A stretch of DNA of 64,000 nt from an uncultured virus (IMG/VR IMGVR_UViG_3300041809_001460) (lineage: Duplodnaviria; Heunggongvirae; Uroviricota; Caudoviricetes). Under the pieces are notes generated by a model. It had not been told where the DNA came from, made no database searches, and saw only the letters and a program-made list of their open reading frames with translations. Shown one piece after another: positions 39,355 through 48,582 of this stretch (its first letter is position 1; each line of letters begins with the position of its first letter). The stretch lies in the IMG/VR virus record IMGVR_UViG_3300041809_001460; one strand, given 5' to 3'. Made by a program: the position numbers and the translations under genes.

Positions 39355-39411
39355 AAATGCGCGGGCTGATAGGTTTCGGAACCGACCGAACGGCCCGCGC
39401 ATTTAATTTAT
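39355..39411 (+). terminator. Long stem-loop at the end of the structural module
   Basis: AAATGCGCGGGCTG...CGGCCCGCGCATTT stem with inner GGTT-TCGG-AACC hairpin, followed by an A/T-rich tract. Confidence 0.5.
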
Positions 39412-39429
39412 TGGGGAGGTGTATTGAGT

Positions 39430-39603
39430 ATGGATGTAGGACAGATATTGAAAATCCTGCTGCCGCTTCCGACTAAAACAGAAATTTTTGTTTTGGGAGC
39501 TGATCGGGAGCCTTTGCAGGTGAAGAGCGTCGAAGTCGAGCATCCAGCGGACTCATCGGAAGGCGAGGTTTGTGTGAACATCGCCTTGCTGGGAGATGAC
39601 TGA
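39430..39603 (+). CDS. Small hypothetical protein (57 aa)
   Basis: GGAGGT RBS; MDVGQILKILLPLP... Confidence 0.55.
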   Translation: MDVGQILKILLPLPTKTEIFVLGADREPLQVKSVEVEHPADSSEGEVCVNIALLGDD

Positions 39604-41284
39604 TGCGATGCTCGTTCCGATTCTACTGACGAATCGCAGCGCTACGCTGCCTTCGCTGCCGGAGGAGACCTACAACCGGCTGCGCGACTTCTGGGCCTAT
39701 GCTCCGAAGGGTCTGTGGTATATGCCACAGTACAAGCAGACGAAAATTCTACGCGGCCAGCGCACCGCGACCCTCAAACAAATTGAAAGACTCGAGCGAA
39801 GCCCGCTCAAGCCTGTGGAGCGCATCAAGAAGCTGCGTGGGATGGTGGCCGAGTCGGATGAGAAGCTGTCCCAGATGTGGGACGGCAAGATTCGACTGCT
39901 CAAGCGCAACCGTATGTCGGCTGGTTTGTTTCGAGCCACATGGAAGGAGGCTGAGGAGAAGTGCGAGGTCAAGTTTGTTTGGAACCGGCAACGGCAGACT
40001 GTGGTGATGCGGGACGGACTGAAGCCTGCGGGCGTGCAGTACAAGCACCAGAACGCCTGCGTCGCAGCCATGATGCAAGCGTTGCCTCGGGGAGGGGGGA
40101 TTGTTCTGGCCGCCACCGCCTCGGGCAAGACCGCCATCGCTGCCAGGCTCTTTGCCAAAGTGGATTGTGATTGCCTGTTTGTGGTCGATCAACTGGACCT
40201 GCTCTACCAGCAGCAAAAGGAACTGGCCAGCTGGCTCGGGGAAGATGTGGGGTATGTGGGCGACAGCGAGTACAAGCCCAAGCGAGTGACAGTCGCTACC
40301 ATCCAGACCTTGAACCTCTATCGCAACGATCCACAATTTACGAAATGGTACGCGTGTGTCGAAGTGATGGTGGTCGATGAGCTGCATGAGCAGCTGTCGA
40401 AGCGGGACTTCAACGTGCTCGAGGCGATCGAGCCGGTCGCCATCTTCGGCTTGACCGCGACCTTGCAGCTCAAGCATAAGGAGACCAGGATGCGCGCCTA
40501 CTCCTTTGCTGGCCCGGTAATTTTCAGCTTCCCCATTGCTGAGGGTGTAAAGCGTGGGGTGCTGACGAAGGGCTATGCGTTGCAGCTGCTGTTCGCGCCC
40601 GATGAGGCTTTGTCGGATGACGTGGATTATCGGACGGAGTTGGAAGCCAGGGTGCTGCAGAACGATATGAAGCTGGTGACTTGCGAGGAGCTGGTGCGGT
40701 TGCTGCTGCTGATGGATCGACATGTGGTGGTGCTCACCGAGAGAGTGGCGCATTTGAAGGACGTGAGCGATGTGCTGCGGGACATTCCGCATGGGCTGGC
40801 CTATGGTGAGGTGCCTGTCGAAGTGCGCTCCGATGTGAAGCGGGAGTTCGAGGATGAGGAGATCAAGGTTATTGTGACCAACAAGGTGTTCAAAAAGGGC
40901 GTGAACATCAAGCGCATCGATGCCATGATTGATCTAGCGGAGGGGAAGTCCAAGAACGACCCGGTGCAGAAATTCGGCCGCGGGTTGAGGCTGCACCCGG
41001 CGAAGGATGAATTGATCTACATCGACATCGGAACCGACGGCAAAGGACGATTTGCCCGCCGCGCCGCTATTCGGCGCAAGGCTCTGCGCGACGCTGGAAT
41101 TGACGTAACCGTGGTAAGAAACCTATGCGACACCGGTCAGGCCACAGCTGCATTGAAGAAATTCGTGGGCAGGATCAGGAATGGAAGCGGCAAGCGCACC
41201 GACCCTCATGGAAGAGAAGCTGATCTTAGCTTCGGTGACATTGGTCACTCAGAAGCTGGATCGAGTGAAGCATTATCTGGTTGA
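39596..41284 (+). CDS. Superfamily 2 DNA helicase (UvsW/ResIII-like)
   Basis: ATASGKT, VVDELH, GLTAT, QKFGRGLR. Confidence 0.9.
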   Translation: MTDAMLVPILLTNRSATLPSLPEETYNRLRDFWAYAPKGLWYMPQYKQTKILRGQRTATLKQIERLERSPLKPVERIKKLRGMVAESDEKLSQMWDGKIRLLKRNRMSAGLFRATWKEAEEKCEVKFVWNRQRQTVVMRDGLKPAGVQYKHQNACVAAMMQALPRGGGIVLAATASGKTAIAARLFAKVDCDCLFVVDQLDLLYQQQKELASWLGEDVGYVGDSEYKPKRVTVATIQTLNLYRNDPQFTKWYACVEVMVVDELHEQLSKRDFNVLEAIEPVAIFGLTATLQLKHKETRMRAYSFAGPVIFSFPIAEGVKRGVLTKGYALQLLFAPDEALSDDVDYRTELEARVLQNDMKLVTCEELVRLLLLMDRHVVVLTERVAHLKDVSDVLRDIPHGLAYGEVPVEVRSDVKREFEDEEIKVIVTNKVFKKGVNIKRIDAMIDLAEGKSKNDPVQKFGRGLRLHPAKDELIYIDIGTDGKGRFARRAAIRRKALRDAGIDVTVVRNLCDTGQATAALKKFVGRIRNGSGKRTDPHGREADLSFGDIGHSEAGSSEALSG

Positions 41285-41813
41285 CCGCTACAGCGTCAAT
41301 GGAAGACTCGAACCCGCCGACCAGCACGCGCTGCGGGTGATCGAATCACGCAAACGCGAACTACAACGAATCCTCTTGATTAAGACTCGCCCTGCCGGGG
41401 ATACGGAGCGGCAGAAGGCTGAGGCCGAGCTGCGGATGAAGCGCCGCGACAACGGCGAAATCTTCCGCTGGCGGCTGACCAGCCACGGTTACGGCCAACT
41501 CGGGTGCCACGGCTGTGAGTACATCTACAAGAACACGATGGTGGGCACGCACGGGATGCAGATAGCGCTGCCTGTGCCCGTGAAGGTGGTGATCAACAGA
41601 GTGTGCCCGGAGTGCGGCCAAGGGGTGATGCACTCCCAGGTGGTCGAATCGGCCCAAGAGGCCCTGGGTGGGGTCGAGGCTTTCTGGAGGGTGTGTGAGA
41701 TTGCCACGGAGGCAGGAACTCGCCCAGGGTCAACAGAACTCGAAGAATCGGCTATTCTGATGGTCTGTGAGGCCTGCGGCCGGTGGGAGATGTGCCCATG
41801 TTCGGATTTTTGA
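41181..41813 (+). CDS. Hypothetical Cys-rich protein
   Basis: CHGC, CPEC, CEAC motifs; start uncertain. Confidence 0.6.
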   Translation: MEAASAPTLMEEKLILASVTLVTQKLDRVKHYLVDRYSVNGRLEPADQHALRVIESRKRELQRILLIKTRPAGDTERQKAEAELRMKRRDNGEIFRWRLTSHGYGQLGCHGCEYIYKNTMVGTHGMQIALPVPVKVVINRVCPECGQGVMHSQVVESAQEALGGVEAFWRVCEIATEAGTRPGSTELEESAILMVCEACGRWEMCPCSDF

Positions 41814-42181
41814 TTGGGTGCGCTGAGTTCTTTGCTGGCTGGTGGATCAGGGGGCTGTCCTCCGCCCGTAACCTGAAGCAGATAAACAACGCCTTGGTAA
41901 TGAAGAACTTAGAGCTGACAAGAACTCAGGTCGAAGTGCAGACGCAGCGGCTACAGATAGCTATACTGAAGAAAGAGAAGGACTTAGCCGCCAACAGCCC
42001 CAAGCCTCGGGGAAGAACCATGACCGAGCAGATCGACTTCCAGACCATCGAGGATGCCCTGCACCGGGAACAGCGGGCCAAGGCCGCGCTGCGCGCCGTG
42101 TTGAAGAGGAACAACTGCACCGAGGCCCAGATCGAGGATGTTTTGAACAGCGTGGACAACCGTGAAGACGGCGACTTTTGA
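41798..42181 (+). CDS. Hypothetical protein with N-terminal hydrophobic helix and coiled coil
   Basis: GGAG RBS; MFGFLIGCAEFFAGWWIRG. Confidence 0.6.
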   Translation: MFGFLIGCAEFFAGWWIRGLSSARNLKQINNALVMKNLELTRTQVEVQTQRLQIAILKKEKDLAANSPKPRGRTMTEQIDFQTIEDALHREQRAKAALRAVLKRNNCTEAQIEDVLNSVDNREDGDF

Positions 42182-42308
42182 GCCGTAACTAGCCTAACGG
42201 CTAGTTCCGTTATTCCTCCTATAAGAAGAACAACCATTAAAGACTATATTCCTATTACCTATAATCCTTCACTATGGCGTTCTTATCGTGGCTGAGAACT
42301 GCGTGGCT

Positions 42309-42509
42309 ATGCCTAAAATCAAGCTGACGTTTGGTAAATACGCGATCGTGGACGCGGCGGTGGAAGCAGACAGACGGCGCAAAGCGGAGACAGCTTTAGC
42401 AAACTATGAAAGAGAGTTTGAACTCACGGTGCCCATAGAGCAACGCGAAGAAGTTCTTACCCACATAACCGCGATTTTATTTGCCAGAGCCAAGGCCGAC
42501 GCGAAGTAG
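42309..42509 (+). CDS. Small chimeric-looking protein ending KADAK
   Basis: Shares DAAVEA and KADAK blocks with 561..872. Confidence 0.5.
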   Translation: MPKIKLTFGKYAIVDAAVEADRRRKAETALANYEREFELTVPIEQREEVLTHITAILFARAKADAK

Positions 42510-42534
42510 CAGCGCAACCGCGCAGGAGATGAAG

Positions 42535-43158
42535 ATGGGTGAGATTCAGAGAAACACGTTGGAAGTGGGCACAACTGGGAAGGGCGAAGTTGTCATCAAC
42601 CATCCCGATCTGGAGCCTGATGAGAATGGTATCGGCCACATCATTTTCTCGGTCGAACAGGCACGCAGTCTAGCGAACCTGCTGATGTCTAAATCGGCGG
42701 ATGCGGCGGCGGAGCGCGGAGATTTTAAGACCACAATGACAAACTATTCACGGCGATTGTGGTCCGTTATCGACCCTCGCACCGGGATGCAAAAAGACAG
42801 AGCCGCTACTGTTCTGGTTCGAGAAGTACGGAAAGGATGTGACCAAGTGACCCAGGGAGCGCCGATACCGGAAGATTTGCGCGGACTGTACGCACAGGCC
42901 GTTGCTGACAAGAGCGGAGCCAGCACAACGCGCGGATTCCAGTTTGCCAACATCCAGCGGCTCATCGAGCGCATCGCCCGCCTCGAAGCCAAGAACCGCG
43001 AACTGAAGGCGCAGCTAGAGCGCATGGGCAAGCCGGTGAGTAACGAGGAGTGGGGCACGCTGCCTTGGATGAATGTGCGCAATCCCCGCTACTTTATGGA
43101 ACGCAAAGACGTGAACGCGCTCATCGCCGCCCGCGCCAGCAAGGAGGCCCACTCATGA
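42535..43158 (+). CDS. Hypothetical phage protein
   Basis: AGGAG RBS; in frame with ORF 42481..43158. Confidence 0.7.
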   Translation: MGEIQRNTLEVGTTGKGEVVINHPDLEPDENGIGHIIFSVEQARSLANLLMSKSADAAAERGDFKTTMTNYSRRLWSVIDPRTGMQKDRAATVLVREVRKGCDQVTQGAPIPEDLRGLYAQAVADKSGASTTRGFQFANIQRLIERIARLEAKNRELKAQLERMGKPVSNEEWGTLPWMNVRNPRYFMERKDVNALIAARASKEAHS

Positions 43159-43292
43159 GCTGTACGATTCCGTTCAAATGGCGTTGGCGGGCCTTCTGGT
43201 GGGGATTCTTTCACCCATTCGTTGGGGATGCAGCGCAATTAGAACGCGCTGAATACTATGCGCACCAAATGGAAAGAGAGGCCCACTCATGA
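43155..43292 (+). CDS. Small Trp/Phe-rich protein (45 aa) flanked by 17-bp direct repeats
   Basis: AAGGAGG RBS, ATGA overlaps; MSCTIPFKWRWRAFWWGFFHPF. Confidence 0.6.
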   Translation: MSCTIPFKWRWRAFWWGFFHPFVGDAAQLERAEYYAHQMEREAHS

Positions 43293-43558
43293 GCGATCAA
43301 CCATCCATCAGCGTCCGCGTGGCGCAGGAGCAGCGACGCAAAATGAATGACACTCCACTCATGGCTGAGGCGCGGGACTTGATCGAGTTCTACGATGCAC
43401 GCGGGAAGAATTGGGAATCTGCACTGTCGTTCATCATGACGCGCGGCTGGTTTGGCCCCGGCTACTCGGTCATCGACAATAGCACACACTTTGCGATGCC
43501 TAAAAGACACGCCAAGACGCACCGGCAACCGCTCCCCGATCCGCCAAAGGAGAAATGA
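43289..43558 (+). CDS. Hypothetical phage protein
   Basis: ATGA overlap. Confidence 0.65.
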   Translation: MSDQPSISVRVAQEQRRKMNDTPLMAEARDLIEFYDARGKNWESALSFIMTRGWFGPGYSVIDNSTHFAMPKRHAKTHRQPLPDPPKEK

Positions 43559-43887
43559 TGGCACACCGTTCCCGTGCTGACCAGGAATTAGTCGCAGCGG
43601 CAGGAAAGATCGCACGCGACCTGACGCGAGAAGTTGTGGACGCACAATCGCGCAGCACTGATTTATGGGGTGAAGTTCTGCGCCTTCGTGCCCGCCTCCG
43701 CGACCTCGACTGGAGTCCGATCGGCGAGAGCAATCTGCCGCAGGTGGGGGATGAGACGCTCGACGAGGACGGCCAGGTTGATCGAGTTGTAGAAGCAGAC
43801 AGCGGTACTACGGCTAAGGAATGGATAGCAACAGGCTTCCTCTACCGCCGCCCCATCAACGCACCGGGCACGACTGCGAAGACGTGA
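43555..43887 (+). CDS. DUF551-like small phage protein; paralog of 1..291
   Basis: AAGGAG RBS; RLRDLDWSPIGESNLPQVGDETL...RRPINAP. Confidence 0.75.
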   Translation: MMAHRSRADQELVAAAGKIARDLTREVVDAQSRSTDLWGEVLRLRARLRDLDWSPIGESNLPQVGDETLDEDGQVDRVVEADSGTTAKEWIATGFLYRRPINAPGTTAKT

Positions 43888-43945
43888 TTGGAATGTTCTA
43901 TAATAAGACTGTCTGGGGTAAACCCCAGCGGAGAGGAAACACAAT

Positions 43946-44326
43946 ATGCCGAGACTTGAGAATTGGGAAATCGTAGTCTGTGCGGCTGTTCCGGCGATTG
44001 TCGCCGCGATCGTGCCTAGGAAAGAACTGGAAAAGATGGCCCAAGAGCTGCCACCGCGGCTCTGCGGCGATCTATACGACGACGAGCTGCAGCGGAAGGG
44101 TTCGGACAGCAAGGTGATGGAGGGGAGTCGTATCACGACCAGCGTGTTGAAGTCTTACGACCTCCGGGAGGGAAAGGCCGTGACCCAGAACACCGAGTAC
44201 CAGTTGGGTGTGGCCGATGCCGACTTTGCCAAACACATGCGCGAGCATGCGCCCGAGGCCTTTGCTACGCTGCTTGCGGCTGGGCGTATTCCGCTTGAGG
44301 CGATGGAGTCCCAGGCCCAGGCCTGA
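43946..44326 (+). CDS. Hypothetical phage protein
   Basis: GAGG RBS; MPRLENW...G.RITTS...TQNTEYQLG. Confidence 0.7.
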   Translation: MPRLENWEIVVCAAVPAIVAAIVPRKELEKMAQELPPRLCGDLYDDELQRKGSDSKVMEGSRITTSVLKSYDLREGKAVTQNTEYQLGVADADFAKHMREHAPEAFATLLAAGRIPLEAMESQAQA

Positions 44327-44401
44327 GACCACCGAACCACTTAAAACCGACGCGCTGGCTAGCTTTGCCCTGGCCAGCGCATCTTTATGAGAGGAGATCG
44401 T

Positions 44402-45004
44402 ATGAAAAACGTTTTGGATATGCTGCTCGAGGAGATTAAGCACAGCGACGACTTCAAGAGTGAGCATTACGGCGCTATTGGTGGTGAGGACTATCCCGAC
44501 ATCGCTGACCAGGTGCTGAACAACCACCGGGGAGCCACGCTGCTGATGATGGCTTTTATGAAGTCCACCTCCGGCATTCCGAAGATGGCTTGCTATATGC
44601 AGGAGCACGGCATGGACGGTGAGACTCTGGAGAGCGGAGAGGTGGTCGCGAAGTTCATGCGCGATAACTTCGACACCTTCCGGCCCTGGCTGGACATGCT
44701 CTATTGGGGCATCAAGATCGGGCGTAAGCTGGAGCGTGAGGACGGGAAGATTGACGAGACGCTGAAGCGGATGGAGGAGACGCTTGCGGAAGCGCCGGCG
44801 GCTGCGGCCACGAGCGACCGCGGCCAGTGCCCGGTCTGTCACAAGCCGATCGAGGATGGTGATGAGCTGGAGATGGCTGGTGGGCCTCATTGCATCTGCA
44901 CCGACCCCAAGTTGAAGGATCACCGGAAGCTTTTTCGCGTGGCTCCCAATGGAGAGACCGAGCGCGGCTTCGTCGGTAATGACGGCAAGGAGCATTGGCT
45001 CTAA
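44402..45004 (+). CDS. Hypothetical phage protein with C-terminal Cys/His motif
   Basis: GAGGAG RBS; CPVC...HCIC. Confidence 0.7.
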   Translation: MKNVLDMLLEEIKHSDDFKSEHYGAIGGEDYPDIADQVLNNHRGATLLMMAFMKSTSGIPKMACYMQEHGMDGETLESGEVVAKFMRDNFDTFRPWLDMLYWGIKIGRKLEREDGKIDETLKRMEETLAEAPAAAATSDRGQCPVCHKPIEDGDELEMAGGPHCICTDPKLKDHRKLFRVAPNGETERGFVGNDGKEHWL

Positions 45005-45014
45005 CCCCATAAAC

Positions 45015-45081
45015 GACTGAAAACAGACTGAATAAAGACTGTAACCTTGGCTGTTTACACCTCATCTAATAGGTGTATAAT
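45015..45081 (+). promoter_or_regulatory. Sigma70-like promoter with upstream tandem repeat and overlapping palindrome
   Basis: GACTGAAAACAGACTGAATAAAGAC, then TTTACA-16-TATAAT; TACACCT-N8-AGGTGTA inverted repeat. Confidence 0.65.
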
Positions 45082-45104
45082 CGTGTTATGGGGAGGTGAG
45101 GATT

Positions 45105-45563
45105 ATGCGGTTGTGGTTAGATGATGTACGCGATCCCGAGAAGCGGGAATACTTCGGCGTGAATGACGAAGTGCATCTGCCTTCGATGAACTGGGTCTGG
45201 GTGAAGACCTACGAACAGGCGATCGCCGCGCTCGAGACCGGTGAGGTGACCTACGCCTCGCTCGATCATGATCTGGACTTTGCTTGCCCGGATTGCGAAC
45301 GGGCGTTTGAGAAGATGCGCAAGGAAGGGGGCAAATACCACGGATTCCAGAACGGCTACGTTTGGGATGACCGGCATTGGGAGCCTTATCTGGTCTGCAA
45401 CCACAAGAACGGCTATGATGTGGTGCGCTGGATGGATAAGCACAATGTATGGCCCGCGCAGGGCGTTCGGATTCACTCCGCCAATGCCCGGGGAGCTGCG
45501 CGGATGAAGCAACTGGTGGACGCGCACTACAACGCGCTGCGCACAGATGGGGATGGAATCTAA
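45105..45563 (+). CDS. Cyclic-phosphate-processing Receiver-domain protein
   Basis: RLWLDDVR.P...WVKTY..AI...SLDHDL...GYD...IHSAN..G..RM. Confidence 0.75.
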   Translation: MRLWLDDVRDPEKREYFGVNDEVHLPSMNWVWVKTYEQAIAALETGEVTYASLDHDLDFACPDCERAFEKMRKEGGKYHGFQNGYVWDDRHWEPYLVCNHKNGYDVVRWMDKHNVWPAQGVRIHSANARGAARMKQLVDAHYNALRTDGDGI

Positions 45564-45593
45564 GACTCCATCCCTTCTCTCTTTAATAGCTCC

Positions 45594-46157
45594 GTGACGG
45601 AAACCTCACATCTTTGGAATCGAGCCAACGAAATTAGGGATCGACTTGTGCGCTGGCTCGAGGCGCGAGAGGGAAAGAGCATCTACGGCAAGTTCAAGCG
45701 GATCGACATTCTGCGAATGGTCAAGCTACAGGTGTGGAGCTGGCGCTATCGGCTGGAGATTGAGGAGATTCTGGACCTGGTGGTGCCCTACCTGCGTGAT
45801 ACCGTAACGACCAAGCAAAAGAAAAAGTATGGCCTGGGCTGTTCCATCGCCTCTCTGACCGGTGACGGTAGCGAGAAGATTCTGGTGAACGCTATCGCCC
45901 AGGAATATCCCGATGGCGAGCACAAGTACGCCTGGCGCCAGCGTGAGCAGCAGCGGCAGCTGGAGGCTGAGCGCCTTGAAGAGAGCGACGGCCTCGTTGT
46001 GAAGGAACGCGCTCCGCGGGGGATTCTCGATTTCGACTCAGTAGAGGAATTTCTACAATATAGTGCGCGGCGTGTGGAACGTATTCGGAGAAAACGAAGC
46101 GCTGAGTACGGACCCAAACGCAGGAGCAAAAAATACCGGGGCAATCCCTGGTTGTGA
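45594..46157 (+). CDS. Hypothetical basic protein
   Basis: 187-aa ORF filling the gap on the + strand. Confidence 0.65.
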   Translation: MTETSHLWNRANEIRDRLVRWLEAREGKSIYGKFKRIDILRMVKLQVWSWRYRLEIEEILDLVVPYLRDTVTTKQKKKYGLGCSIASLTGDGSEKILVNAIAQEYPDGEHKYAWRQREQQRQLEAERLEESDGLVVKERAPRGILDFDSVEEFLQYSARRVERIRRKRSAEYGPKRRSKKYRGNPWL

Positions 46158-46167
46158 GGAGAACACC

Positions 46168-46494
46168 ATGAAGAAGAATGATGTGAAGAAGAATGATGTG
46201 AAGACGTTGCTCGAGTCGGCATTGAGGCAGATGCCTACGAAGGCTGAGAGCATAATCGTGATCGCCGTCCCCAAGGACAAGAATATAGCCGGCAAAGGAA
46301 ACTGGGTCGCATCGACTATCAGCGATCCTGTGGAGCAGCTGCGTGTGCTGCACGAAACCTACGCTGGTTGGGCGGACAAGATCAGAACCGACATCTTGGA
46401 CGCCGACGCCGTTGTGATGATGAAGATTGCGGCCGCGGCTCGAGAAGCGGAACAGCCGAAAGCGAAGGCGACGGCGAGAAAAGCTGGGAGGTAA
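46168..46494 (+). CDS. Hypothetical protein (N-terminal KKNDV tandem duplication)
   Basis: GAGGAG RBS. Confidence 0.65.
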   Translation: MKKNDVKKNDVKTLLESALRQMPTKAESIIVIAVPKDKNIAGKGNWVASTISDPVEQLRVLHETYAGWADKIRTDILDADAVVMMKIAAAAREAEQPKAKATARKAGR

Positions 46495-46500
46495 CCGTAT

Positions 46501-46860
46501 ATGGAGATACCGCGGCCCTTGATAGACTGGTTCCTGCGGAAGTTGGTGCTGAGCCGCAACGGCAGCTTTGGGCCGCGAATTCTCAACCTTCCCAGTGGGC
46601 AATCCTTCTACGCTTTATACAGTGAACAACAAATGATCGACAACCCCATGCCAGCCGATGGCGGCTGGTCGTATTGGAAGGGGATACAGGAATTCCCCCT
46701 CAACTTGACTGTAGCGCAGTTCATGGAACTCGTTGTTGAGCTGGCGGTGGTGAAGATAGAGAAGGGCGAGTGTGTGGCTTTCGATGGCAACGGCAAAGAA
46801 CTTGCGTGGCTTGTGAGGGGCCATCCGGAACTTGTGATTAGCACTATTCGAGGGCGTTGA
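46501..46860 (+). CDS. Hypothetical protein
   Basis: GGAGGT RBS. Confidence 0.65.
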   Translation: MEIPRPLIDWFLRKLVLSRNGSFGPRILNLPSGQSFYALYSEQQMIDNPMPADGGWSYWKGIQEFPLNLTVAQFMELVVELAVVKIEKGECVAFDGNGKELAWLVRGHPELVISTIRGR

Positions 46861-46875
46861 TCTTAGAGGGAGAAA

Positions 46876-48189
46876 ATGGAAGCTACTTTAAGGCGGCAGG
46901 TGCTGCGGGCGGCGGTACGCGACCGTATGTTTCTAAAGACCGTCTGCCATGATGTATCCCCGAATGACTTTCCCGACCGAGCTGAACAGATCGTCGCTAC
47001 CATTGCCTTAAAATTCTGGGATGAGCACAACGAGCCTATAGGAGCCCTGCTCCGCTCCGATGCTGAGGATGCCGCTCGACACCAGCGTCTCAATCAGGAA
47101 GAGCGCAAGCAGCTGCGCCAGCTGATTGATGACATCCAGGGAACGAAGATGGACCTGGTGCCGATCAAGGCGCTCGAGGATCGGGTGTTGGCTCTGAAAC
47201 GCGACACCTTCTTCGATCACGCGTTGGAGCAGGTAGTTACCGCACAGGAGAAGGGCCGTCTGGACGCGACGGTGCTTGAGGATATTGTCGAGCAGGCGCG
47301 CCGGGAATTGGCTGATCGCGTCTATGTAGCAACCGACTACATGGATGAGCTGGAAAAGCGTATTTTACGGCGGCGGCTCAACCAGGACACTGAGAAATAT
47401 CCGCGGTTGATGATCGATCCGATTGACGAAGAGATACGCGCCATCGGCCGCGGCCACTTCGCTATATTCGTCGGCCCCTATTCATCCGGCAAGTCGCTGT
47501 TCCTGATGCACGTGGCCATGGCCTACGCGATGCAGGGACTGAATGTTATCTATGTCACGCTCGAGGACCCGAAGGACATTCTGGAGAACCGCATGGACGC
47601 AAGTATGGGCGGCATCCCCATGTCCAAGCTGAACCTGCTGCCAAACCGACTGCGGCATCGCTTCAACAATCTAAAGCAGATGATTCGTGGGCGCATCAAG
47701 ATTGTGGACGCGACTGAGGGTGGCTTTACCATTTCCAAGTGCGAGAAGATGTGGGACCAGCTGCGCAGCGATGGTTTTATTGCTGATGCGATCATCATTG
47801 ATTACGATGAGGAGATCGAGTGTGAGAAGAAATTCTCTGGAGAGATGCAGCGCAAGCAGGAATTCATGGAAATTTACAAGCGCATCCGCCGTATGGCCAA
47901 GAAGCTGGACGTCCTGGTGTGGACCGCATCGCAGACCAAACGTGGAACCGCCGACAAGAAGGTGATCACCGGAGACATGGTCGGTGAGGATATTTCCAAG
48001 ATCAAGAAGTCGTTCCTAGCTATCGGGATCGGGAAGGTTCCTGACGAGGACAATGTGACGAATCTCTACATCATGCGCCATCGGCTCGACCGCAGCAAGT
48101 TTAGTGTCGAGGTGGTGAGCGATTTCGCGTCGGGCCTGGCTGTCGATGCCGAGGCCACACGGCTGCGGATGAGAAAACCAAAGAGGTGA
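46876..48189 (+). CDS. Replicative DnaB/T4 gp41-like SF4 helicase
   Basis: Walker A GPYSSGKS, YVTLED, IIIDY, WTASQ. Confidence 0.85.
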   Translation: MEATLRRQVLRAAVRDRMFLKTVCHDVSPNDFPDRAEQIVATIALKFWDEHNEPIGALLRSDAEDAARHQRLNQEERKQLRQLIDDIQGTKMDLVPIKALEDRVLALKRDTFFDHALEQVVTAQEKGRLDATVLEDIVEQARRELADRVYVATDYMDELEKRILRRRLNQDTEKYPRLMIDPIDEEIRAIGRGHFAIFVGPYSSGKSLFLMHVAMAYAMQGLNVIYVTLEDPKDILENRMDASMGGIPMSKLNLLPNRLRHRFNNLKQMIRGRIKIVDATEGGFTISKCEKMWDQLRSDGFIADAIIIDYDEEIECEKKFSGEMQRKQEFMEIYKRIRRMAKKLDVLVWTASQTKRGTADKKVITGDMVGEDISKIKKSFLAIGIGKVPDEDNVTNLYIMRHRLDRSKFSVEVVSDFASGLAVDAEATRLRMRKPKR

Positions 48190-48191
48190 CT

Positions 48192-48431
48192 ATGGAAGAC
48201 TTTGTTAGCTACGGGCAGTACAAGAAACTCTACGACGTGCTTAAGGCGCTTGTGGATCGTCTGGATGAGATCGAAGCTGACGACAGCTACAAGCACTTGT
48301 TCTATCTCGCCTTTGTGACTGGAATGAAGTACACCGGGCCGAACTGGCTAGACCAGCTCAAAGCCGCTAAGAGGATTTTGAAGGGGGAACCGAATGCGTT
48401 ACCTGATGAACGGACAGGAAGTTCTACCTGA
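48192..48431 (+). CDS. Hypothetical protein
   Basis: GAGGTG RBS. Confidence 0.6.
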   Translation: MEDFVSYGQYKKLYDVLKALVDRLDEIEADDSYKHLFYLAFVTGMKYTGPNWLDQLKAAKRILKGEPNALPDERTGSST

Positions 48432-48582
48432 GGACGTCAACCAGCTATTCGAGAATATTGAGAAAAAGACTGGGCTGGACCGTGCGATGGCTGAAGCGAT
48501 TTTGAGCGGCGGAGCGCCGATTCGGCATCCTAACTTCAATGTCCGCGCGCTCCCGGACTATAAGCGTGGGATTCTGAAGTGA
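48394..48582 (+). CDS. Hypothetical protein
   Basis: GGGG RBS; GTGA overlap downstream. Confidence 0.55.
   Translation: MRYLMNGQEVLPEDVNQLFENIEKKTGLDRAMAEAILSGGAPIRHPNFNVRALPDYKRGILK

Noticed and set aside
46168..46204. 15-bp tandem repeat (KKNDV x2)
   Set aside because: Simple in-frame slippage duplication with no evidence of function.
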